A DNA stretch of 64,000 bases from Octopus vulgaris. Lineage: Eukaryota. Location: contig OX597819.1 in the NCBI GenBank assembly GCA_951406725.2, forward strand, positions 74,338,001 through 74,402,000, read 5' to 3'. The notes below the pieces were generated by a model, which saw only the letters and a list, made by a program, of their open reading frames with translations, ran no database searches and was not told where the DNA came from. Shown in pieces: positions 53,384 to 64,000 of this stretch. Every line of letters starts with the position of its first letter. Within the stretch, counting starts at the first letter, position 1. The translations under genes were made by a program, and so were the position numbers.

Positions 53384-53799
53384 CACACACATTAACTCGT
53401 ACATACATACGCTACTGCATTATACATACACGCACACACGCATTCATAAATTCGCACATGCATACACACACACGCACATATACAGAATAATCATATTTAT
53501 TATTTTCCATTTCAATAAATCATTGTTTAAATTTTGTTTATGTTTGTGTGTGTTTGTATTTGATGATATTAAAAACGTATTTCCCTGGTTTTACACGGTT
53601 TCGATTTTCACGATCACTCGTGCCAGCACTCTGACATGTTAACCGACGGACTAGCGTGTATGAGCCGTGGCGTTTCCACGACCTTTCCATACCGGCATTA
53701 TATTTTAAACACCTCCCTCAGTCGAGGAAGTTTTTACCTACTAATTACGAAGACAATATCAGTGAATCAAATTTTTTCAGCTCTTATATTACGACGCCA

Positions 53800-54560
53800 G
53801 CTGCTAGGCCTGCCCCCTTTGGAACTACTTGCAACAACAAAAGACTGAGAGCTAAAAGCTGACCTGGGAAAGCGACTGAAGCTCCTAGAAACGTACCGCA
53901 AAATCACTAAGATCTGATTTTGGGGCCAGAACTCTCCCTGGGAGAACTGTGCCGAAAAGGTAAACGAAGGGAAGAGGAGGAAATATGCTAAGCTACTGGA
54001 ATTATTTTTTTTCTACGCTAGACACAAGGGGAGGGGGCCAGTCGATTAGATCGACCCCGGTTCGCAACTGGTACTTAATTTATCGATCCCGAAAGGATGA
54101 AAGGCAAATTCGACCTCGGCGGAATTTGAACTCAGGACGGAGCGACGGGTGAAATACCGCTAAGCATTTCGCCCGGCATGCTAACGTTTCGGCCATCTTC
54201 CCACCTTTAAGCTACTTGAATTATGCCATGGCAATGGGAGGTAAGCGAAATGCGATACCATTGAGGTGGGATACAAAGTGTTTGCAGGCCACTTCCTTTA
54301 CAGAGCTTACAACATGCTGGGCATTAGAGTGACATGAGGAGCGAAGGCCATGAAGTGGGGTATGGAGACAGAAGAAGTTGCCTCAAGGTGACATATATGG
54401 AGACATAAGCCCTGGAAAGGCCAGTGTTAACTGGGCATAAACTAAGGGCCAACCGGCCCCGGTTGGGTCACCTGGGATGAGAGTGTCTGAGGTCGAAAGA
54501 CACGGAACAGCTAATGACCTCCACGAAACATTACTAATGATGTGACTAAGTGCATCACTG
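53800..54560 (+). mobile_element. Hero-type RLE non-LTR retrotransposon 3' remnant interrupted by SINE C
   Basis: LLATTKD*ELKADLGKRLK...PWEN..EKVNEGKRRKYAKLLELCHGNG...TIEVGYKVFAG. SINE 54005-54207(-) is bounded by TSD TAAGCTACT(G/T)GAATTA. Confidence 0.7.
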
Positions 54561-56194
54561 GATGATGTAGGGAAACCCTAACCTGCACAATAGTTCTGTG
54601 AGGTTCTATTGCTGTGATTCAAAATCGTCAGATCTAGTAGTGGCTCGTGTATAGGTACTGCGGAACTGCAGCACCCCCTATTTTCACTTGATATTATCGA
54701 TAACATTCAATATAATGAGTCTTTCTTTTTTTCTTTAATTCTTTCTTTATACTTGTACATTATATAATCCTTAAGCTTAATGTCAGTAACCATCCCCCAG
54801 TTTATGAAAAAAATACAAAACTCCTAGTATAGAACTGTGCGCTTTACAGTTCCAGCGACTCGGTGTTTGGCAGTTGTGCGCATGCTCACATGTGCGAGGG
54901 ACAGAGAGCACTGCGTGAACAACAGTAGTACTTCCGGTGAAATGTAGTGCTTCCTTTTGACTCTGCGTGTGTTGTGCCTAAAAACGTGTATATATTCTTG
55001 AATGTGATAAAGTGTAGAATTAGATTACTTTCTTGCTTCCAGATTCAGTGTTGCTGCCAGGATTTGGAAAATAGGGTACATTGTCCCCCCTTATTTTGTA
55101 ATTTAGAGAGGATTTTTGAAAGACAAGGGGGAATTCGCGGAGGTGTTCGGTGAACAAATTAAACACACTACTCGGCAGTGGCTAAAATACGAACCGATCA
55201 AGTTTATGTATAAATTTTCTTTTTATATGTTTGTTTCCTTTTACAAAATATTAAAACAACGACTAAAAATTTTCTGAAGCAGCAACCCAATTAATTTCAT
55301 CTACAAGCCACCAATGGTCAGATCATTTCTATGTCTAATCAATCCCGATAAATGTGCATTATTAACGAGATCGAGCAAGATCGATACGCAATCTATTTTT
55401 TCCATCTGTTAACAAACTCCTCTTCTATATATGTGTGTGTGTGTGTGTGTGTGTACGTGTGTGTGTGTCTGCCAAAAAATTACTTCAGTTAATATGATTT
55501 GAGTAATTAAATTTATTTGTTAATTTTGGGTTTTAAATACCTCCTAGTGGGAGACTTTCTCTACTAATTGCAGTGAATTCACGACCATGTAACCAAATCA
55601 CATGGTCAATTGAGTACAATTCACTATCGATTGGTTTAAATCAGCAGTATATTAGAGTTACCTGCCTTGCTGTGATGTGTGTGTGTGTGTGTGTAAAATG
55701 AGAGGGCGTTCATGGCTACGGCCTAGTGGTTAGGGTGTTGTATTGACGAAACAAGAACATGAACAACAAGCATTATTAAAAGAGGAAAGAAACATGGTCG
55801 TTCCTTACCCAAGTGACCTTATCGCCCATCACTTGTTATGCGCTCATAAATTAGTTTGATAGTTGAGCTCTGGTTGGCTGTATGCAAATGAGTTCATAAA
55901 TGGGGTCCGGAACTCTCGCGGGAAAAAATTTCGCGTCCCGTCCAGTTGGGGAACCTATACGCTAATGAAACCGGGAGACCGGCCCTTATGAGCCAGGCAT
56001 GGCACGAGAAGGAACAAACAAACAACAAAAAAGCAACATAGATTTATGGTGATGATGATGATGGTGGTGGATTTTGGTGGTTGGACGACGATAAGGGTCC
56101 AGTTGATCGATCAACTGGATGACCTGACTCAGTGTGAACTGGTAAGTGGCTGAGTATTCCACAGACATGTCTTTCCCTTAATGTAATCCTCAGG

Positions 56195-56570
56195 CAGGCG
56201 TGGCTGTGTGGCAAGAAGCTTGCTTCTCAACCAAATGGTTCCGAGTTCAGTCCCACTGTGTGGTACCTCGGACAAGTGTTTTCCACTATAACCCCGGGTA
56301 GATCAAAGCTTTGTGAGTGGATTTGGCAGACGGAAACTGAACGAAGCCCTTTGTATCTGTGTGTGTGTACCACCGCTTGACAGGCGATGTTGGTGTGTTT
56401 ACGTCCTCGTAACTTAGCGATTCAATAAAAGAGACCGACAAAAATGTACCAAGCTTTGAAAGAATGAATACAAAATAAGTACTGGTGTTCGTTTCCTTCG
56501 TCTAACATTGTTTCAAGGTTGTGCCCCAGTATGGCCGCAGTCTAACACCTGAGATAAGCAAGAGATAAGA
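56195..56570 (+). mobile_element. SINE family A
   Basis: GCGTGGCTGTGTGGCAAGAAGCTTGC head through GGTTGTGCCCCAGTATGGCCGCAGTC tail. Confidence 0.8.
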
Positions 56571-56977
56571 GAGAAGGAGAGAGTGTGTGGGGGGGAGAAA
56601 GAAAGTGTGTGTATGTGTGTGAGAGAGAGAGAGTGTGTGTATGTGTGTGTGTGTGTGTTTGTTTGAGAGAGAGAAAGAAAGAGAAAGAAAGAGAGAGAGA
56701 AAGAGAGAGGGAGAGAAAGAGAAAGAGAGGGAGAGAGAAAGAAAGAGAGAAAGAAAGAAAGAGAGTATTTCTTTATTCACCATAAGGTTGAGAAAAAGAG
56801 GGGACAAAACAAACGTTGGGGTCAGGGTATCGAATGAGACAAAACATATGAATAAACAAACAATTAAAATATATATAATTAAATGATAATGAGTGAATAA
56901 CAAAAAATGAAGCGGAGGAGGACGTGGTTGACCCCACAAACCACATACTCACACTGAAGACTTAGTGAGAGAGAGTG

Positions 56978-57039
<62 letters not shown>

Positions 57040-57239
57040 TCGGTATTCAACGATATGATTATAAGCTTTGTGATTTTATTATTCCGAAGTTGCATATTTA
57101 TCAGCAGGCTGACTGTTGTTGTAGCCGGTGGTGAGTGATAGAGATAGATGAATGATGAGGAGTGGCAGACAATAAAGAGAAAGAAAGAGAATTGGGGGAA
57201 GAGAGCGAGAGAGAAGAGGAGAGAGAGAGAGAGAGAGAG

Positions 57240-57307
<68 letters not shown>

Positions 57308-57459
57308 CATGCGTGCGTGCGTGTGTGTGTGTGTGTACAAAAAAGAGCGGGGCAGCTGCAGATAGAGAGACAAAACACAGATTAGATGAAAGGCTCTACC
57401 GCTAAAAGAGAGAGAGAGAGAGAGAGAGAGTGAGAAAGATAGAGAGACAAATAACAGTG

Positions 57460-57549
<90 letters not shown>

Positions 57550-57905
57550 TAGACAGATCTGCAGCTACAAACAAGAGATGCGGAATCACAAAAGGTCAAC
57601 AACGAGAACAGGCAAGGTCGTTACCAGATCGCTTTTCGGTAATTCCGTTTTGTTATTCTTTGATCCTTCGATTTCTTTTTACCAATTCTCTTGTATTAAT
57701 GTATTTTATTCGTGGTTTTGAAATTCTTTATAAGAGTGTCTTGTTTCTGAATTTCTATTTCTATCAGTAATGTATTTATTTTATTTGAAAAAAGTGGTTT
57801 ATACGAAGTGAAATATTGAAAACGATACGATGTGATATTTATATCAACATGCTGGTATTTATATTGGTATTTCCGCCTGTGCACATGTATGTAGTGGTGA
57901 TGGTA

Positions 57906-57966
<61 letters not shown>

Positions 57967-58071
57967 ATGTGTGTACGAGTGTGTGTGAACCGGATTCTTA
58001 AGAATGTATAAAGGAATATTCAAGTGCTGTTGAATGTCCACATTATCTATCTATCTTTCTATCTCTCTCCC

Positions 58072-58105
<34 letters not shown>

Positions 58106-58448
58106 ACTCTCTCTCTCTTTCTTTCTCTTTTTCCGCACACACACACATACACACAGTGTAATATTATAGATTATTACATTTAGTACATACACACAAGTAC
58201 ACATATAGGCACACATTGCAAACACGTAATACAACGTTTTATTTTGCAGTAATGGTGTACATTCGTGCACGTGCGTTGATGTGTGCACAATATCAAAGTA
58301 TCTATCTACGTGTGTGTTTATGTGTGTATATATGTGTGTGTGTGTGTGTGTGTGCACATTTAGCATTCATTAATTTATTTTTCTTTCTATGTGTCTTTCT
58401 CCTTTTCGTTTCTTTCTCTGCATCCGTAGATTTATCAATCTAGCTAAC

Positions 58449-58484
<36 letters not shown>

Positions 58485-58815
58485 GCTTATAATTTTTCTC
58501 TCCTATTCTCTTTCCTGTTTTTCTCTGTATCTTCAGTCAGTCGCTGTTCACATCTAAATATATAAAACCCACAACAATGCGAGCGAGAGGGGGAGGAGGG
58601 GGAGGAGGAGGAAGAGTTATTGAAACAGAAAGAACAAGTATGTTGTGTGTGTGTGTGTGAGTGTCTGTGTGTCTGTGTGTGTGTGTATGTGTGTGTGTCA
58701 GTGTGTGTTTGTATGTTAGATCAGCTTTTGTTTTTGTTTTTTCGATTGCTAATACACCCACACACGTACGAAAACAAGTGGCGCGCGCACTCACTCACAC
58801 TCATCTTTCTCTCGG

Positions 58816-58846
<31 letters not shown>

Positions 58847-59326
58847 CATCTAGCTGTCTATCTGTTTATCTATCTATCTTTCTATCTATCTATCTATCCC
58901 TCACCTCCTCTCTCTCTCTCTCTCTTACTCAGTTTATTCTGCTATTCCGCCTCGGCATTGAGATACGAATGACCTTGCTGTTAGAACGCATTTTATAAAT
59001 ATGCTTCAGAATGATATCAAAGCGCAGTCGTTGTAAGAAGCTCGTTTCCCAACCAAAAGAATATATATATAAATTCTTCGACTCCGTCGGTCACGAATGA
59101 CCATGGGAGCACCTAAAAGGTTCCCTCCGGTGTACAAGACTCGACGGATAGTCGCCTCACTGGCGAACGAACAACCTAGGGTTGTTTTTAAGAAAGACCA
59201 GCAGCCGCTCATGCAGACCAGCCTTTCCTCCCCATATCACTGATGTTATCCAAGACAAAGGGGCCGATACAGCTTGGTACCAGTGACGTCACAACTCATT
59301 TCTACAGCTGAAATAAAGTGCCTTCA

Positions 59327-59365
<39 letters not shown>

Positions 59366-59452
59366 AGAGTTTACGAAAAAAAAAAAAGACGAAGACAGGT
59401 GGCGTACAAAACAAACAGATGTATTAGTATAACGCTCAGGAATAGAAAAAGT

Positions 59453-59488
59453 CTTTTACGTTTCAAGCCAACGCTCTTCTACAGAAAG
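59453..59488 (-). ncRNA. Minimal type I hammerhead-like motif with U at position 6
   Basis: Minus strand reads CTTT-CTGTAGA-A-GAGC gttg GCTT-GAAA-CG-TA-AAAG, inside a small (TA)n-adjacent element (~59363-59540). Confidence 0.6.
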
Positions 59489-59540
59489 GGACACAGAAAA
59501 CAAGGAGAGAAACAAGGAGAGAGAAAAAAAACACAAGGAG

Positions 59541-59850
59541 AGGAGGCACAATGGCCGAGTGGTTAGGGCAGCGGACTCGCGGTTGTAGGATCGCGGTTTC
59601 GATTCCCAGACCGGGCGTTGTGAGTGTTTATTGAGCGAAAGCACCTCAAGCTCCACGAGGCTCCGGCAGGAGGTGGTGGCGATCCCTGCTGTACTCTTTC
59701 GGCACAACTTTCTCTCACTCTTTCTTCTGTTAGCCTGCTCGCTTAGCCAGCGGGGTGGCGTCACTTGAAGGCTAAAACAATGCAAAGCGCATTGTGACCA
59801 GCAATGTGTAGCACCATCTGATAGCCTGGTCGGTCACGGTGATCACAGTG
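59541..59850 (+). mobile_element. SINE family B head with an alternative 3' module
   Basis: TGGCCGAGTGG A-box, GTTTCGATTCC B-box, tail GCTTAGCCAGCGGGGTGGCG...GGTCACGGTGAT. Confidence 0.8.
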
Positions 59851-59881
<31 letters not shown>

Positions 59882-59899
59882 TGTATGTATATATATATA

Positions 59900-60282
59900 G
59901 GCGCAACCGTGTGGTAATAAGCTTGCTTCCCAACCACATAGTTCAGCCCCACAGCGTGGCACTGTGGACAGGTGTCATGTACTATAGCCTCGAGCCGACC
60001 AAAGCCTTCTGAGTGGATTTGGTAGATGGAAACTGAAAGAAACCCGTCGTATATATATGTATGTGTATGTATTTGTTTGTGTGTCTGTGTTTGCCCCTCC
60101 CCCCAACATCGCTTGACAACCGATGTTAATGTGTTTACGTCCACGTAAGTTAGTGGTTCGTCCAGAAAGGCCGATACAATAAGTATTAGACTTACAAAGA
60201 ATAAGTCATGGGGTCGATTTGCTCGACTAAAGGCGGTGCTCCAACATGGCCGCAGCCAAATGAATGAAACAAGTACAAGAAT
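59900..60282 (+). mobile_element. SINE family A, full length
   Basis: Head to tail GGCGGTGCTCCAACATGGCCGCAGCCAAATGAATGAAAC. Confidence 0.8.
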
Positions 60283-61313
60283 AATGATGATAGGGGATTT
60301 TTCCTTGTGTAGTTTGTCTTGAACTTTGTTTTTTTCGTTTAGGTCCGTTTCCACGTTTGTTTTTACGTTATCGTTTCTCGTTGAGTTCTACGTCTATTTG
60401 TGGTGTCCTGTACACACGTATATATTTTTATATATGCATGTATATACACATTTAGATGTAGGTACGTACATATATGTATGTATGTATGCATATATTTTAT
60501 TTATTACACTATTATATATATCTCTTATTATAAAAGGCAGATTTTATCTGCCTCCCTATGTAACTTATAGAAATCTACAATATAGGATTTCTTCAATTAC
60601 AATTTACCTAGCATTTTTAAGAGTAGAATGCATCGGGTCATGCCAGGTCCAGTTTTTAAAATTTAAACTCCAATTAAGCAAAATTTACAGAAAACTCACA
60701 TTCTGGTGTGTATGTCAAATGCTTTTCTTAATGTGGTTTACACCACACGCATACGCACACACACAGTGTGCAACGAATAAAATGAAAGTAAATAGCGACA
60801 GAGTGATTTGAGTATATATATATATATATATATACACATATATATACGCGTTTATTAATTTGTGTTGCAAGATTCCTGATGTGAAACCATGTGTTGAAAC
60901 AGATATTGTTGTATTTCGGAATTGTTCTTTTTTTATGGTTTTTTTATTTTGCGGGGCGGAGTCATGAGTTAAAATTTGAAGTAATAAAAACAGTAATAAA
61001 CGAGAGAAGAACAAATATATAATGCGTGGGTTTATTTCGCAAAAAACAAAAAAAAATGATCGTCCCGAAATGCAACAATATGTGTGTATGTGTGTGTGTG
61101 TGTGTGTTTCTATCCTTTTACTTGTTTCAGTCATTTGACTGCGACCATACTGGAACACTGACTTTAATTTTGGGGCAAATAAATCGACCCTAAAACTTAT
61201 TTTGTAAGCCTTAGACTTATTTTATCGATCACTTTTGTCTTAAACCCAATATCACTCAATCCATCCCTGTCCGTCCATTAACTTCCCCTACCAGCTTATT
61301 GTTATTATTATTA

Positions 61314-61377
<64 letters not shown>

Positions 61378-61986
61378 ACAATTATTCGTCCATATTTACA
61401 AATATTCACCACTCTTATTGAAGAAAGATAATAGTAATTGAAAATTCTTTTCTACTCTAGGCACAAGGCCCGAAAGTTTTGTGGGGTGGAGAGGGCCAAT
61501 CGATTAGATCGATCCCAGTAGGCAACTGATACTTAGTTTTTCGACCATGAAAGGATGAAAGGCAGAGTGGACCTCGCGGATGTAATAGTAATTGAAAATT
61601 GTAGTGATGTTTCATTCCTTCACCAGACGGGCATATGACAGCCAAAACTCAGGATCTTTAGCGAGACACAACTTTATGTATAGAGGTACCTGTGAGACTC
61701 AGACTGCAAAACTTGATGCAACACAACACGTTGAACGAAGTCCCACCCATAAGGGACAGTAGCAGGATGGGTCGAAACGACCGTTGTACATAATAAAGAT
61801 TAAAACCAAATCTATCTTCGAGTTACTTAAGAAATTCTTATCATTATCTGAACACAGGGAAGTTCCTGAAGTAGATCCAACAGAAACATACCCTGACTGC
61901 GGATGACACCAGGTGGCCCCAAACTGTGCCAGTGCTCCACTCGACACTTCAACACACTAATCGACATTTACCCATTAGTCCCAAAA

Positions 61987-62126
<140 letters not shown>

Positions 62127-62133
62127 GTATATA

Positions 62134-62205
<72 letters not shown>

Positions 62206-62272
62206 TGTATGTATATGTATATATATATTTTCATGCATATGTGTGTGTATATATGTGTGCATATATATATGG

Positions 62273-62334
<62 letters not shown>

Positions 62335-62350
62335 GTATGTATGTATATAT

Positions 62351-62640
62351 GGAGGTGCAATGGCCCAGTGGTTAGGGCAGCGGACTCGCGGTCTCGATTC
62401 CCAGACCGAGCGTTGTGTGTGTTTATTGAGCGAAAACACCTAAAAGCTCCACGAGGCTCCAGCAGGGGGTGGTGGCGACCCCTGTTGTACTCTATCGCCA
62501 CAACAATCTCTCACTCTCTCTTCTTGATTCTTGAGTAACGCTGCGATGAACTGGCGTCCCGTCCAGCTGGAAGGAACACATAGGCCACAGAAACCTGGAA
62601 ACCGGGCCCATGAGCTTGGCTAGGCTTGAAAAGGGCGACG
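62351..62640 (+). mobile_element. SINE family B head with a third 3' module
   Basis: Same head as 59541; tail CTGCGATGAACTGGCGTCCCGTCCAG...GAAACCTGGAAACCGGGCCCATGAG. Confidence 0.8.
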
Positions 62641-62660
62641 TTATCGTTTTATATATATAT

Positions 62661-62721
<61 letters not shown>

Positions 62722-62722
<1 letters not shown>

Positions 62723-62942
62723 TCTCCCGAAGAGCCTGAGGAATCCTGCACAAAGTAAATGTAAGCGTTTTTAAATCAAGGCTGGACCTCTTCCTGTCGA
62801 GAGTCCCAGACAAACCTACCTCACGGCAAGAGGTGCAAACTCCATTCTTCACCAAGTGCCACCTATTAGAGGAGGCTCTCAGTAATAACAGTGTAGCAAA
62901 ACGGCGGTGCTCCAGCATGGCCATGGCTCTGAGCTGAAACTA

Positions 62943-62945
<3 letters not shown>
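62722..62945 (+). mobile_element. 3' end of a CR1/L2-group LINE
   Basis: LPKSLRNPAQ / NVSVFKSRLDLFLSRVPDKPTSRQEVQ resembles the C-terminus of ORF 18456..19775. The 3' UTR is GGCGGTGCTCCAGCATGGCC..CTGAAAC. Confidence 0.7.
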
Positions 62946-62991
<46 letters not shown>

Positions 62992-63075
62992 GAGTTTATT
63001 ATAAGTAAATTATTATTTTAGATTATATATATTATTTATATCTTAAAAATATTGATTATATTTTAGATTTTTAAA

Positions 63076-63138
63076 CCACCTGATGAATGACTGCGACTCA
63101 AAAATTTGAAGACAGCAGGCAGGAAACGATCGTAGTGG
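63076..63138 (+). ncRNA. Type I hammerhead motif, canonical core
   Basis: CCAC-CTGATGA-atgactgcgactcaaaaatttgaagacagcaggcag-GAAA-CG at CG-TA-GTGG. Stem II is long and imperfect; stem III is palindromic ACGATCGT. Confidence 0.75.
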
Positions 63139-63548
63139 GATATTAATTATATTTTTTAATAATTTTGTTACATATTTAAATAATATAAATTAATCATATG
63201 TATTGGCTTAAGTCTTTCATTGTTTGATTTGCCTAATAGTGGTTTTGTCTCTAATTTAATATAATATATATATATATATACCAGATATTGATTGATTTTT
63301 GTTACTTTTCCTCTCTGCCTGTGTGGATTGTTTTCAAGTATTTTGTTTTTTCTGGGAGTCCCTTTTTAAAGTAGAAGAAATAGCTAAGGTTTTTTTGGCT
63401 GCTATTTCTAAACTTCGGTATGTGGTAAAGCAAATCTTTGTTGAACCCTAATTATTAAGTATATATATATATGTAGGTCCCGGGTTGAGTCAGGGTTAAC
63501 CACAGTAAATAAGGTACTCAATACATAGCAGAGTAAAGTAATTTATTT

Positions 63549-63667
63549 TATAGAAGGAGCTTCTACAGGACTAGAACTGTTTCATTCAGATGAAATCTTC
63601 AGGAAGCTCTTCAGAGCTTCCTGAAGATTTCATCTGAATGAAACAGTTCTAGTCCTGTAGAAGCTCC

Positions 63668-63674
<7 letters not shown>
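63549..63674. ncRNA. Perfect palindrome (62-bp arms) encoding a canonical hammerhead on each strand (+63614-63666, -63557-63609)
   Basis: GAGCTTC-CTGAAGA-t TTC atct GAA t-GAAA-CAG ttctagtc CTG-TA-GAAGCTC. The arms are exact reverse complements around a 2-nt TC loop; followed by (TA)n. Confidence 0.85.
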
Positions 63675-63745
<71 letters not shown>

Positions 63746-64000
63746 GCTGCTTTCTTGTATACGAGTAAAGCTATTGCTAGAAAGAATCACTGAAATGAGT
63801 CATTGATAATGCAATGTGAGGCCTTTATATGATTCTTGAAGCCCGGCCAATGATTTGCACATTTTATTGCAGAATGTACAGCTGTGCTGGCTGGCAATGG
63901 GAACAGGTGTCACAGTATGAATTCTTTCTATATGACTTTTTAACCCGACAACTGAAAAGCACGCCTTTCCACAGGTCGCACATGTTCTATTGTAATCAAT

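Noticed and set aside
54480-54525. GTGTCTGAGGTCGAAAGACAC in the Hero 3' UTR as a hammerhead
   Set aside because: It is a simple hairpin; spacing is incompatible with a three-way junction.
54638-55315. Possible hAT-type MITE or promoter (NRF1- and ETS-like motifs at ~54877 and ~54931)
   Set aside because: TIR similarity is weak and there is no adjacent TSD; short motifs alone are insufficient.
60520-60780. Helitron-like 5' end TCTCTTATTATAAAAG
   Set aside because: No 3' hairpin/CTRR terminus was identified.
60870-60925. CTGATGT...GAAAC...GTA as a hammerhead
   Set aside because: A9 is missing, and stems I and III do not register.
61720-61792. TTGAACGA...GGGTCGAAACGACCGTT as a hammerhead
   Set aside because: Core length is wrong and stem I is unsupported.

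Overview
This is a repeat-dense animal genomic window. The SINE families, the extreme (TA)n/(CA)n/(TACA)n/(TAGA)n/(TAA)n load and the LINE content resemble an octopus (coleoid cephalopod) genome; that assignment is inference. I can support no intact host protein-coding gene, and nearly all ORF-track entries are microsatellite translations. Recognisable mobile elements are: a head-to-head Penelope-like element (PLE) with a GIY-YIG endonuclease (2294-3485), an R4/Dong-type restriction-like-endonuclease (RLE) LINE, a young 5'-truncated CR1/L2-type LINE with about 530 open codons, RTE and Hero-type LINE remnants, a dead mariner with TIRs, maT- and hAT-type transposase relics, and many tRNA-derived SINEs. 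A 6.7 kb tandem duplication across a 100-N gap is probably an assembly artefact. The main hidden signal is about a dozen type I hammerhead ribozyme (HHR) motifs on both strands, in unrelated small elements that are mostly (TA)n-embedded and often fold back. They include canonical C3-G8 cores, compensatory U3-A8 and G3-C8 cores, a perfect 62-bp-arm palindrome carrying an HHR on each strand, and a tRNA-headed SINE ending in an HHR. All structures were folded by eye and none has been tested.
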